Assembly: GCA_963813815.1 (NCBI GenBank)
Contig: CAWFAD010000016.1
Location: 416,001 to 480,000 of the forward strand
Direction of reading: 5' to 3'
Source of the DNA: an uncultured bacterium
GTDB taxonomy: Bacteria > Krumholzibacteriota > Krumholzibacteriia > Krumholzibacteriales > Krumholzibacteriaceae
DNA length: 64,000 bases
Numbering within the stretch: the first letter of the stretch is position 1; each line of letters opens with the position of its first letter. Under the pieces are notes generated by a model, which saw only the letters and a program-made list of their open reading frames with translations, had not been told where the DNA came from and searched no databases. A program made the position numbers and the translations under genes. Shown here in pieces: positions 37,756-46,641 of the stretch.

Positions 37756-39284
37756 TCAGCCGAGACTTCCGATTTCCCGTTCGACCTCGTCGAGGATTTC
37801 GCACGACCGGACGAGCTCCTTCATGCGCGTGTGATCGGGATAGAGCGGGCGATCGATGTCCAGAAACTCGACGTGCCGGCGGATCACCTCTTTGGCCTTC
37901 GTTGTACCGCGGCCGAACTTGAACTCGCGGAAATCGAGCGCCTGCGCCGCCGCCATGAACTCGATGCCGAGCACGCCGATAGGCGTTGTCGAGAATCTGG
38001 AAGTTCTTGATGGCCGTGTTCATGCCCATCGAGACGAAATCCTCCTGATCGGCCGCGGCCGGAATCGACTGGATCGAGGCCGGCATCGAGAGGATCCGCT
38101 GCTCGACGATCTGCATGTCCGCGGTGTACTGGCTCAGCATCATGCCCGGAGAACATGCCCGGCGCCCTTGGTCAGAAAGGCCGGGAGGCCGACGTTCAGG
38201 GCGGGATGATTGAGCCGGTTCATGCGCCGCTCGCTGAGGACGCTCACCATGCGTGATCGGCCGCGCTGATCATGTCCATCGGGAGCGACACCGGCGATCC
38301 CTGGAAGTTGGCTCCGGAGATCTGCAGGTTGCGCTCGGGGAAGAAGATCGGGTTGTCGCCGACGCCGTTGAGCTCGATTTCGACCTGCGAGCGGGCCCAG
38401 CGCACGGCGTCGTGCGCCGCGCCGATGACCTGCGGGGTCGAGCGCATCGAGTATGCGTCCTGCACCTTGGTCTTGGCCTTGCCGGCGAGGACGTCTCCGC
38501 CCTCGACGCATTTCAGAATGGCGTTCGCGGAGCGGATGGCGCCCGCGAAGCCCCGGACCTCGTGGAGGAGCGGCGTGTACGGTTTCATGTTCGCGATGAG
38601 CGCCTCGAGCGTCATCGCCGCGGCGATCTCGGCCTGCTTGAGCCAGCGGTTGGTGTCGTAGAGCATGAGGGCGCTCATCGACGTGAGGAGGTTCGAGCCG
38701 TTGATGGCCGCGAGTCCGTCGCGCGCCTCGAGCCCGGGAACGGGGATGCCGGCCCGCTTCATCGCCTCGGCCCCCGGAAGAAGCTCGCCCTCGTAGTAAG
38801 CCTGTCCTTCGCCGAGAAGCAGCAGCGCGATCTGCGACATCGGAGCGAGATCGCCGGACGCGCCGACGGAGCCCTTCTGACATACGAACGGCGTCACGCC
38901 CTTGTTGAGCATCAGGACGTACGTTTCGGCGATCACCGGGCGGTTGCCGGAGTTGCCCTTCGAGAGAACGTTGATGCGGGAGGTCATCGCGGCCCGGACG
39001 TACTCGATCGGGGCCGGGTCGCCGATGCCCGCGGCGTGGTTGTAGATGAGGTAGCTCTGGAAGTCCTTGACCTGGTCGTCGTTCAGGACGACCTCGGAGA
39101 ACTCGCCGATGCCGGTATTGACGCCGTACATGATCTCGTGGGCGACGATTTTCTTCTCGAGCATCGCGCGGCATGCCGTCATGCGCTCGATCGCCTCGCG
39201 GGCGATTTCGACCTTTTCGCCGTGCCGGGCGACCTGAACGAGCTTCTCGAGTGTGAGCGTTTTGCCGTCGAGGATGATGGCCAA
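37756..39284 (-). CDS. hutH: Histidine ammonia-lyase/aromatic amino-acid lyase (about 5 apparent single-base insertions at 37980-38260)
   Basis: AAGGAGG RBS with TTG start; YGVNTGIG, GSVGASGDLAP (MIO), INGS, VQDAYSMRSTPQV, DNP. SERR and QEDFVSMG continue in other frames. Confidence 0.88.
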
Positions 39285-39418
39285 GGCGACCTCCTTGTAT
39301 CAGTTTATTTTACAATACGTTAAGTTTGAGCGCTTCTTGCGGGAGCGCGGGCTCAGGCACAATATTGATAATGAATTCGCGCCGATTTGTCCACCGAAAA
39401 CGCCCCTTTCGGCTCGGC

Positions 39419-40294
39419 TCAGAGCCCGCGCATCCACTCGTCGCGCAGGTATCGCTCCGGCTCGGCGAGAGCGCGGTCGATCTCGGCGAGGAGGCGGTCG
39501 CGGTCCCCCACGAGCGTGCCGGCGAGAGGGAGATAGTTCGATGCGTGGTTGCTCCGGAAGATGCAACCGTCCGCTTCGATCCCGGCGAGGAGCTCGCGCA
39601 GCTCCATCGCGTCGTCCACCGGGCCGTTGTACTCGAAATCCGGTCCCATCGCTTCCCGGAACTCCCCTTCGTAGGGACCGAGCATGAGCGTGAGGGCCGA
39701 GAGGAACCGCGGCCGGATGCGGTTCACGAGCCTCGCCGTTTCGCGGGCGTGGCGGAGGCTCCCCTTTTTGCCCGCGAGGCCGAGAATGACCGTGACGGAG
39801 AGCTTGAGCCCCGCCTCCTGCGCCCGCAGGCATCCCTCGGCCATCTCGTCGGGGGTGGCGTTCTTGTGAATCTTCTCGAGGAGCTCCGGGTCGCCCGTCT
39901 CGACGCCGTAGTAGATGATCTTGAGCCCCCGCTCGGCGATGAGGCGCATCTCGGGGACCGTTTTTCTCAGCAGATTCGGGGGCGAGGCGTAGGCCGAGAC
40001 GCGCTGCAGCTTCGGGAACGACGCAGAGAGGTAGTCGAGAATGCGGACGAGAAGGCGCGCCGGCAGCACGAAGGCGTCTCCGTCGGCGAGAAACACTCGC
40101 CGCGTTTCGGGGGCCATCGCGGCCGCCTCGTCGATATCGGCCCTCAGGCGATCCCACGGCCTCACCCGGAACGGCTTGTCGCGGTACATGTAGCAGAACG
40201 CGCAGGTGTTGTTCGAGCAGCCGATGGTCGCCTGGAGAATGAGCGAAGGGGCCTCGCTCGGGGGCCGGTAGACCGGTTCGATGTATTCGATCAT
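39419..40294 (-). CDS. Radical SAM protein of unknown function
   Basis: YRPPSEAPSLILQATIGCSNNTCAFCYMY, FLADGDA, YYGVETGD, FRSNHASNYL. Confidence 0.9.
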   Translation of the reverse strand: MIEYIEPVYRPPSEAPSLILQATIGCSNNTCAFCYMYRDKPFRVRPWDRLRADIDEAAAMAPETRRVFLADGDAFVLPARLLVRILDYLSASFPKLQRVSAYASPPNLLRKTVPEMRLIAERGLKIIYYGVETGDPELLEKIHKNATPDEMAEGCLRAQEAGLKLSVTVILGLAGKKGSLRHARETARLVNRIRPRFLSALTLMLGPYEGEFREAMGPDFEYNGPVDDAMELRELLAGIEADGCIFRSNHASNYLPLAGTLVGDRDRLLAEIDRALAEPERYLRDEWMRGL

Positions 40295-40513
40295 GAGCGC
40301 CTCTCCCGCCGCGCGCAGCGACGCGCCGGCGGTATGGTAGTGAAAGCGCGGGGGCATTTCAAGTTGAAAGCCGGCGGCGGATTGCGATAGAGTCCTCCCC
40401 GGCGAGCCCGCGCGCGAACGGCCGAGGGCGGCCGTTCGCGGAGCGGCGCCGCGCCCGCGCCGGTCGCGCGGCGGGCGGAGGCGTATCGATTCCTGCAGGA
40501 CGGGAGGATGTGT

Positions 40514-42811
40514 ATGGCGGCGAAGCGGAAAGTGCTGTGGATAACCCTCGCGATTCTCGTCTCGGTCTTCATCGCGGCGATCGTCGCGGTGCGTGTCGCG
40601 CTCGCGCCGGACAAGCTCAAGGCGATCGTGCTGCCGCGCGTCGAAAAGATGGTGGGCGCGGAGGTGGCGATCGGCGACATCAAAATCAATTTTCCGTTCG
40701 GCTTCGGCGTGGACGTCGCGGATCTCCGGTTCAACAAGACGCTTCCCGATACGACCGTCCTCGATTTCTCCTCCGAGACGGTGACGGTCCGCGCCTCGCT
40801 TCTCTCGCTCCTCAGGCGAAAGCCGGAGATCTCGTCCGCCTCGGTGCACGGCGGCTCCGTCGCGCTCGTGAACGTCAACAAGGCCCGCGAGACGCGGCTC
40901 CGCGGTCTCGAGGCGCTCGTCTCCGTGAAACCCTCGGGCGATCTCTTCGTCCTGCGAGCGAAGGCGCGCGCCGATTCGGTCTTGGTTTCGAGGCCGGGCA
41001 TGCCGCCGGCGATCCTGCTCGAATCGGTCGAGCTCGACGGCGAGTTCGAGACGGACCGCGGGCTCTCGAGGCTCGCGATCAAGGACGCGCGCCTTCTCTG
41101 GGCGGAGCTCGTTTCCGCGCGGATCGTGGGGGAGGTGACGGACGTCAAGACGGCGCCGCGTCTCGCCCTTTCGATCGAAGGGGACGAGAGGCCGATCGGC
41201 CCGGTGCTGGCGGCGATTCGAACGTTCCGGATGGACGAGCTCTCCCCGCCCGCGACGGCCGCGCCGAAGGCGGCGGGGCAGCAGCCTCCGCCCGAGATAA
41301 CCGGCGGCACGCTCCGGTTCACCGCCACAATCGAGGGGCTCGCGCGCGAGCCGCTCGGCATGAACATCGCCTTCGAGGCGAACCTCGACGACGCGTCGCT
41401 CCGCGCCGGGGATCTCGCCGCGATCGAAAAGATCGCCGCGCGGGTCAAGGGCGCGGGGAACGCCTTTGCGTGGAAGAGCCTCATGCCGAGCGCGGCGAGG
41501 CCTCTGACGCTCGAGCAGATCACGCTCTCGTGGCAGGCGATCGAGCTCGAGGGAACGATCGACGTCGAGGGCGGCGAGCTTCTCCTGCGCGCCGCGAGCG
41601 CGCCGCCGGATTCGGCGATCGGCGCGTCGGCCGCGGCCCCGCTCAGGATTTCCGCCCTCAAGGCGAAGGCGGAGATCTCGGGCACCGGCGTCAAGAGCGT
41701 GAGCGGGGAGTTTCGCATCGGAGCGAGCCCGTTCGCCTTCAGCGGCTCTCTCGCGAACGTTCTGCCGGCCGCCGCCGAGCTCGCCCTCGTCGCCCAGAAG
41801 CTGGCCTCCGGCGGGGACGGAAGGCCCGTCGCCGATCTCGGACCCTATCTCGACAACATGGTGAACGCGCCGGTCGTGCGGATCGAGGTGTCGGGACGCT
41901 CGTTCGACGCGCAGCCATACCAGCCTCACCGGGGAGCGAAAAAGGAAGCCGCGGGAGTCGCCTCCGCGGCGCCGAAGCCCGCGGACGGCGGGGCGGGAGC
42001 GGTTCTGCTCCTCAAGAACACCGTCTTTACGGCCAAGCTCGATTCGGTCGTCACCCGCGAGGCGATTCTCACCGCCGTCGAGGCGAAGGGGACGATCCGC
42101 GACGGGAGAATCCGCATCGATCCCGCCTCTTTCCGGTATGCCGGTGGAAAGGGCACGGCGACGGTCGCGGGCGACGTCCGGAAGAGGGGTCGCGTGGAGA
42201 GCTCGATCGATTTCGCGCTCGATGGCGTCGAGGCCGGCGAGGCGCTCGGCAGGCTCTTCTCGCTCGGATCGCTCGTTCGGGGCCGCTTCAGCTTCGACTC
42301 GAAGGGGAGCTTCGCGATGGGGGAGGGTCTCGATCCCCTTCTGTCGCTCACGGCCGCCGGCTCCGCGTTCTCGAACAAGGGATCGGTGAGCTTCGAGAAA
42401 TACCTCGGCTCCCTCTCGACGATTCAGAACTTCGACGCCGCGCCGCTCACGAACTTCGATTTCACGGAGTGGAAGGGGTTTTTCCACGTGCAGGACGGGC
42501 GTTTCGTCACGGACGACTGGAAGATCGCGTCAACGGCGGGGGCGTGGGCGATCAAGGGGTCGTTCGGGCTCGACGGGTCGCTCGACTACGTCGTGCACCT
42601 CTCGGTTCCGCCGGTCGTGCAGCAGCGCATGAAGAACATCGACGCCTACAAGAGCGCCCTCGACCTCATGCGCGACTCGGGCGGAAACCTCATTCTCGAT
42701 ATCCGCGTCACCGGCAACTCGAAGCATCCCTCCGCCATGCTCGACCTCACGAAGGCGAAGAGCAAGGCGCAGGACAAGGTCCTCGAAGGGTTCAAGAAGC
42801 TTCTTCGGTAG
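40514..42811 (+). CDS. AsmA-family protein
   Basis: GGAGG RBS, N-terminal TM anchor, ASLLSLLRRKPEI, long beta-rich body, AsmA-like C-terminus (GSFGLDGSLDY, IRVTGNSKHP). Confidence 0.8.
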   Translation: MAAKRKVLWITLAILVSVFIAAIVAVRVALAPDKLKAIVLPRVEKMVGAEVAIGDIKINFPFGFGVDVADLRFNKTLPDTTVLDFSSETVTVRASLLSLLRRKPEISSASVHGGSVALVNVNKARETRLRGLEALVSVKPSGDLFVLRAKARADSVLVSRPGMPPAILLESVELDGEFETDRGLSRLAIKDARLLWAELVSARIVGEVTDVKTAPRLALSIEGDERPIGPVLAAIRTFRMDELSPPATAAPKAAGQQPPPEITGGTLRFTATIEGLAREPLGMNIAFEANLDDASLRAGDLAAIEKIAARVKGAGNAFAWKSLMPSAARPLTLEQITLSWQAIELEGTIDVEGGELLLRAASAPPDSAIGASAAAPLRISALKAKAEISGTGVKSVSGEFRIGASPFAFSGSLANVLPAAAELALVAQKLASGGDGRPVADLGPYLDNMVNAPVVRIEVSGRSFDAQPYQPHRGAKKEAAGVASAAPKPADGGAGAVLLLKNTVFTAKLDSVVTREAILTAVEAKGTIRDGRIRIDPASFRYAGGKGTATVAGDVRKRGRVESSIDFALDGVEAGEALGRLFSLGSLVRGRFSFDSKGSFAMGEGLDPLLSLTAAGSAFSNKGSVSFEKYLGSLSTIQNFDAAPLTNFDFTEWKGFFHVQDGRFVTDDWKIASTAGAWAIKGSFGLDGSLDYVVHLSVPPVVQQRMKNIDAYKSALDLMRDSGGNLILDIRVTGNSKHPSAMLDLTKAKSKAQDKVLEGFKKLLR

Positions 42812-42814
42812 GGT

Positions 42815-42865
42815 AAAAAAAAGACCCCTCGGGATGCGCGGCCGCGCCGCGCGATCCCGAGGGGC
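42815..42865 (-). terminator. Rho-independent terminator
   Basis: CCCCTCGGGAT...ATCCCGAGGGG stem with an A8 tract on its left (U-tract for the minus-strand gene). Confidence 0.75.
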
Positions 42866-42894
42866 AAACGATCAGCCGCTCAGGGCTGCGAGAG

Positions 42895-43722
42895 TCAGTA
42901 GTTGATCGCCGTTTCCCGTCCGTGGACCGGAATCAGGGGATACCCTTCGTCACAGGAAGTGATGCCAAGGGATCCGCCCGGGTTCGCCTCGAACTTGAAC
43001 GACAGATTCTGCAGATCCTCGAGCAGGAGGATGTCGAAGCTGGCGACCATGATCGGCGCGGGGCCGTACTGCGGACGGTTGAACGCGATCGCCATGCCGC
43101 TGAAGAGGTCGCCGAGCGTGATGGCGACGTAATCGGGCGTCGTCGCGCCGGTCACCGAGTACTCGGTGCCAGCTTCGAGATCGGCGCCGTCGACGTCCGC
43201 GATGCGCAGCTTGAACTCGCACGCCGTCGCGCAGGCCACTTCGCTCTCATCGAGCATGATGTACATGTAGCACGTGAGCCACGTCCACGACGCGGTCGTC
43301 GCGTCGCACACGGTCGCCTCGCCGTCGAAGTACACCGCGAGAGACGGATTCGACGGAACCGCGACCGAGAGCGAGAACTCGCGCTCGGCCGACTTCGGCG
43401 TCTCGGAGCTGTCCTCGACGCGCACGGAGAAGTCGTAGTCGCCGGTGTTCATGCACACGCCGATGAGTCTGCCGTCGCTCTGGAGCTCGAGGCCGTCGGG
43501 GAGGCTGCTGCCTTCCGCGAGCGACCAGGTATACGGAGCGGCGCCGCCCACGGCTTCCATCATGAGATTGTAGGGAGCGCACGTGTAACCGGTTGTGACC
43601 GCCGCGGTCAGGACGCCGAACTCCTCGGCGGCCGGCGGCGGGGTCGTGGTCGAATCCTCGGAACATGCGGAGAGCATGGAGAGGAGGAAAAGACCCGTAA
43701 ACAGAGCGAAAACCTTCCTCAT
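42895..43722 (-). CDS. Lipoprotein with a putative Ig (He_PIG-like) domain and a C-terminal domain homologous to the 28350 protein
   Basis: AAGGAGG RBS; lipobox LSAC; GGAAPYTWSL..GS.LPDGLEL..DGRL.G; C-domain PSLAVYF...ACEF...TLGDLFSGMAI. Confidence 0.8.
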   Translation of the reverse strand: MRKVFALFTGLFLLSMLSACSEDSTTTPPPAAEEFGVLTAAVTTGYTCAPYNLMMEAVGGAAPYTWSLAEGSSLPDGLELQSDGRLIGVCMNTGDYDFSVRVEDSSETPKSAEREFSLSVAVPSNPSLAVYFDGEATVCDATTASWTWLTCYMYIMLDESEVACATACEFKLRIADVDGADLEAGTEYSVTGATTPDYVAITLGDLFSGMAIAFNRPQYGPAPIMVASFDILLLEDLQNLSFKFEANPGGSLGITSCDEGYPLIPVHGRETAINY

Positions 43723-43782
43723 TGCGGAACCTCCTTCTTCTTCAGATACAAATCCTGCGGTCCCCTCGTGATTCGGTCTTTC

Positions 43783-43798
43783 AGCAATCTGTGTGCCA
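43783..43798 (-). promoter_or_regulatory. Consensus sigma54 promoter
   Basis: Minus strand TGGCACACAGATTGCT matches TGGCAC-N5-TTGCW, 60 bp upstream of ATG 43722. Confidence 0.85.
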
Positions 43799-44151
43799 TG
43801 AGGGCGCAGAACGGCCGCGCTGAACGTAACACCAAGAGTGACAACGTGTTGTGTTGTGGGTGGAAATGCGCGGCGAGGGCTCGTTATTGCCGCTCCATTC
43901 TCATTATGCCACGGCGCCCGGGCTTGCGTATCGCCGTCCCTTCTTCTGCCCGCCCGTTGCCGATAAGCGCCTCCGCGTTTGGCGGTTACGTCCCCGCGCT
44001 CCCGTCCGGTTTCCCTTGCGCGGTCCCGGTGAACATATTAGCATTCGCAACGAACGGCGCTTTCGCGCGCGGGGCGGAGAAAGGCCGGGCGGCGGATGCC
44101 CCCGGCGGCGCTCGCGCCCGCGCCGGAAGCGTTTATGATCGGAGGTTGGCG

Positions 44152-44703
44152 ATGGCCGGCTTGATAGCGCTCGTCGTATTGATTGTCCTCGTATTCGTCG
44201 CGATCGGCATCTTCAACGGGCTCGTCGTGCTGCGCAAGCGCTGCGAGGGCGCCTGGGCGCAGATCGACGTGCAGCTCAAGCGGCGGTACGATCTCATTCC
44301 GAATCTCGTCGAAACGGCGAAGGGGTATCTCAAGCACGAGCGGGAAGTGCTCGAGAACGTGACCAAGGCGCGCCAGCAGGCGATCGACGTTTCGGGGGTC
44401 AAGGCGCAGGCGCAGGCGGAGAACATGCTCACGGGGGCGTTGCGCTCCCTCTTCGCTGTGGCCGAGAGCTACCCGGACCTCAAGGCGAACCAGAACATGC
44501 TGGCGCTTCAGGAGGAGCTCTCCTCGACGGAGAACAAGATTTCCTTCTCGCGGCAGCACTTCAACGAGACGGTCCGCGAGTACAACACGCGCATCGAGAC
44601 CGTTCCCTCGAACATTTTTGCCTCGCTCTTCGGTTTCAAGCCGCGGGACTTCTTCGAGATCGAGATCGAGGCGGAGAAGCAGCCGCCGAAGGTGAGCTTC
44701 TAG
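44152..44703 (+). CDS. lemA: LemA family protein
   Basis: AWAQIDVQLKRRYDLIPNLVETAKGY..HE, AVAESYPDLKANQN, TENKISFSRQ. Confidence 0.95.
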   Translation: MAGLIALVVLIVLVFVAIGIFNGLVVLRKRCEGAWAQIDVQLKRRYDLIPNLVETAKGYLKHEREVLENVTKARQQAIDVSGVKAQAQAENMLTGALRSLFAVAESYPDLKANQNMLALQEELSSTENKISFSRQHFNETVREYNTRIETVPSNIFASLFGFKPRDFFEIEIEAEKQPPKVSF

Positions 44704-44753
44704 CGATTTCGCAGGGGGCGCGCGGCGTCGCGGCCCTCGCGGGGTGAGCCGGC

Positions 44754-45659
44754 ATGGCGTCGATGTACACCGACATAGCCGCGAACAAGCGGAACTCCTT
44801 TTTTCTCACGGTGGCCGTGACCGCGGTGCTCCTCGTGCTCGGGTACGCCCTCGGACGCTACTGGGGGACGGGATACGCCGGCGTGGGCATAGCCTTTTTC
44901 CTCGCCGTCGCCATGTCGCTCGGCGCCTACTTCGGCGGCGACAAGATGGTTCTCGCCGTGAGCCGCGCGAAACGAATCGAGAAACGCGACCACCCGCAGC
45001 TCTTCAACGTCATCGAGGAGCTCTCCGTCGCCGGCGGGCTCCCGATGCCGGCGATCTACGTCATCGACGACACGGCGCCGAACGCCTTCGCGACGGGGCG
45101 CGATCCGGCGCACGCCTCGGTCGCCATCACGACGGGGCTGCTTCAGAAGCTGAATCGCGACGAGCTTCAGGGCGTCATGGCGCACGAGCTCTCGCACGTC
45201 GGAAATCGCGATATTCTCTACGCGACGATGGTCGGCGTGCTCGTCGGCTCCATCGCCCTCATGAGCGATTTCTTTCTCAGGAGTTTCCTCTGGGGCGGGG
45301 GACGGCGGCGGCGGAGCGACAGCCGCGAGGGGGGATCGGGCGGCGCGATCCTGGTCGTCGTGGCGATCGCGCTCGCGGTCCTGGCTCCGATCTTCACGAA
45401 GCTTCTCCAACTCGCCATATCGAGGCAGCGCGAGTATCTCGCGGACGCCTCGGCGGCGAAGCTCACGCGCTACCCCGAAGGGCTCGCTCGGGCGCTCGAG
45501 AAGATCTCGGGAGACCGAGAGCCGCTCGAGGTGGCGAACCGGGCGACGCAGCACCTCTACATCGTGAACCCGATCAAGCCGCTCGGCAAGACCGCGAATC
45601 TCTTCAGCACGCACCCGCCCATCGAGGAGCGGGTGCGGAGACTCCGGGCGATGCGCTGA
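44754..45659 (+). CDS. htpX: HtpX-like M48 zinc metalloprotease
   Basis: PNAFATGRDP, GVMAHELSH (HExxH), SRQREYLADA, FSTHPPIEERV. Confidence 0.93.
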   Translation: MASMYTDIAANKRNSFFLTVAVTAVLLVLGYALGRYWGTGYAGVGIAFFLAVAMSLGAYFGGDKMVLAVSRAKRIEKRDHPQLFNVIEELSVAGGLPMPAIYVIDDTAPNAFATGRDPAHASVAITTGLLQKLNRDELQGVMAHELSHVGNRDILYATMVGVLVGSIALMSDFFLRSFLWGGGRRRRSDSREGGSGGAILVVVAIALAVLAPIFTKLLQLAISRQREYLADASAAKLTRYPEGLARALEKISGDREPLEVANRATQHLYIVNPIKPLGKTANLFSTHPPIEERVRRLRAMR

Positions 45660-45674
45660 GGCCGGAGGGCGGGA

Positions 45675-46640
45675 TCAGGTCGCGAGCATCTTCCCCCGAT
45701 CCATGATCTTCTTTCCGTCGAGCTCGACCGTCGGTTTTTTCACGATGCCGTCGAGGTGGACGGGGACGTTCACCGTGCCTCCCATCGACATGTTGTTGCC
45801 GAGGGCGATGTGGATCGTGCCCATGACCTTCTCGTCCTCGAGGATCGAGCCCGTGATCCGGGCGGCGTCGTTCGTGCCGATGCCGAACTCGGCGACGTTG
45901 AACGCGGCGCTGCCGAGAGGCTCGAGCTTCGCCCGGAGCGCTTTCGCGGCGGCGCCTCCCTCGATCGAGACGGCGTGTCCCTTCTCGACCCGTATCGTAA
46001 TCGGTTTCTTGCCCTCGAGATTGCCGATTCCCGCCATCGAGCCGTCGACGACGAAGACTCCCTCCGACGCTCCTTCGACCGGCATCAGGTAGGCCTCTCC
46101 GGAGGGAAGATTGCCGAAGCCGCCCGCCTCGTGGATGAGGCCGGTCGAGGCGATCGCCCTGATTCCCTGAACGGGAAGGGTGATGTCGGTTCCCGCCGGG
46201 CTCGTCACCCTGATGACGGAGGCCGCGGTGAGAAGCTCGGTCATGCGCTTCGTGCGCTCGGCGATCCGGTAGTAGTCGGCGCTGAGGCACCTGATCATCG
46301 AGTCGCGCCGGATGCCGGGCATCGTCGCGACGCGCGAGCCGGCCTTGCACGCCTCGCGGCGCGCCGCCGTGTGCGTGAGGGAGCGCGTCGTCGGCGCGAT
46401 GACGACCTTGCTCATCATCATGGCGTGCATGACGTTCGCCGGCGGCTCCTCGCCGTCGCGGCTGCGCACCTGCATCTCGACGAGAACCGGGTCGGCGCCG
46501 AGCTCGAGAGCCGCGTCCCGAAGCGCCGTGCCGATCGCGCGGAGCTTCGCGTCGGTTACGATGAGGAGCGATTCTTCCTTCGAGAGCTTGAGGCAGTCGC
46601 GGAGCGCGATCGTCGACGCCTTGAGCAGTGCCTTGTCCAT
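45675..46640 (-). CDS. M29-family (thermophilic metalloprotease-like) aminopeptidase
   Basis: GEEPP, SLTHT, NLPSGEAY, AEFGIGTN, EDEKVMGTIHIALGNN, HLDGI. Confidence 0.88.
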   Translation of the reverse strand: MDKALLKASTIALRDCLKLSKEESLLIVTDAKLRAIGTALRDAALELGADPVLVEMQVRSRDGEEPPANVMHAMMMSKVVIAPTTRSLTHTAARREACKAGSRVATMPGIRRDSMIRCLSADYYRIAERTKRMTELLTAASVIRVTSPAGTDITLPVQGIRAIASTGLIHEAGGFGNLPSGEAYLMPVEGASEGVFVVDGSMAGIGNLEGKKPITIRVEKGHAVSIEGGAAAKALRAKLEPLGSAAFNVAEFGIGTNDAARITGSILEDEKVMGTIHIALGNNMSMGGTVNVPVHLDGIVKKPTVELDGKKIMDRGKMLAT

Positions 46641-46641
46641 T

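Noticed and set aside
37756..39284. hutH as a true pseudogene or programmed frameshift
   Set aside because: Several scattered +1 insertions with fully conserved motifs and no slippery-site pattern; fits sequencing error better.
39419..42487. Apparent 1022-aa radical SAM fusion, and similar long N-terminal extensions (53161..56265, 58863..61907, 7900..9981, 42922..44703, 46642..49038)
   Set aside because: The extensions are shadow frames of neighbouring genes; the real starts lie downstream at RBS or overlap positions.
43860..44150. Possible ncRNA in the long intergenic region before lemA
   Set aside because: Only generic GC-rich pairing; no recognisable family features by eye. An Rfam scan would settle it.
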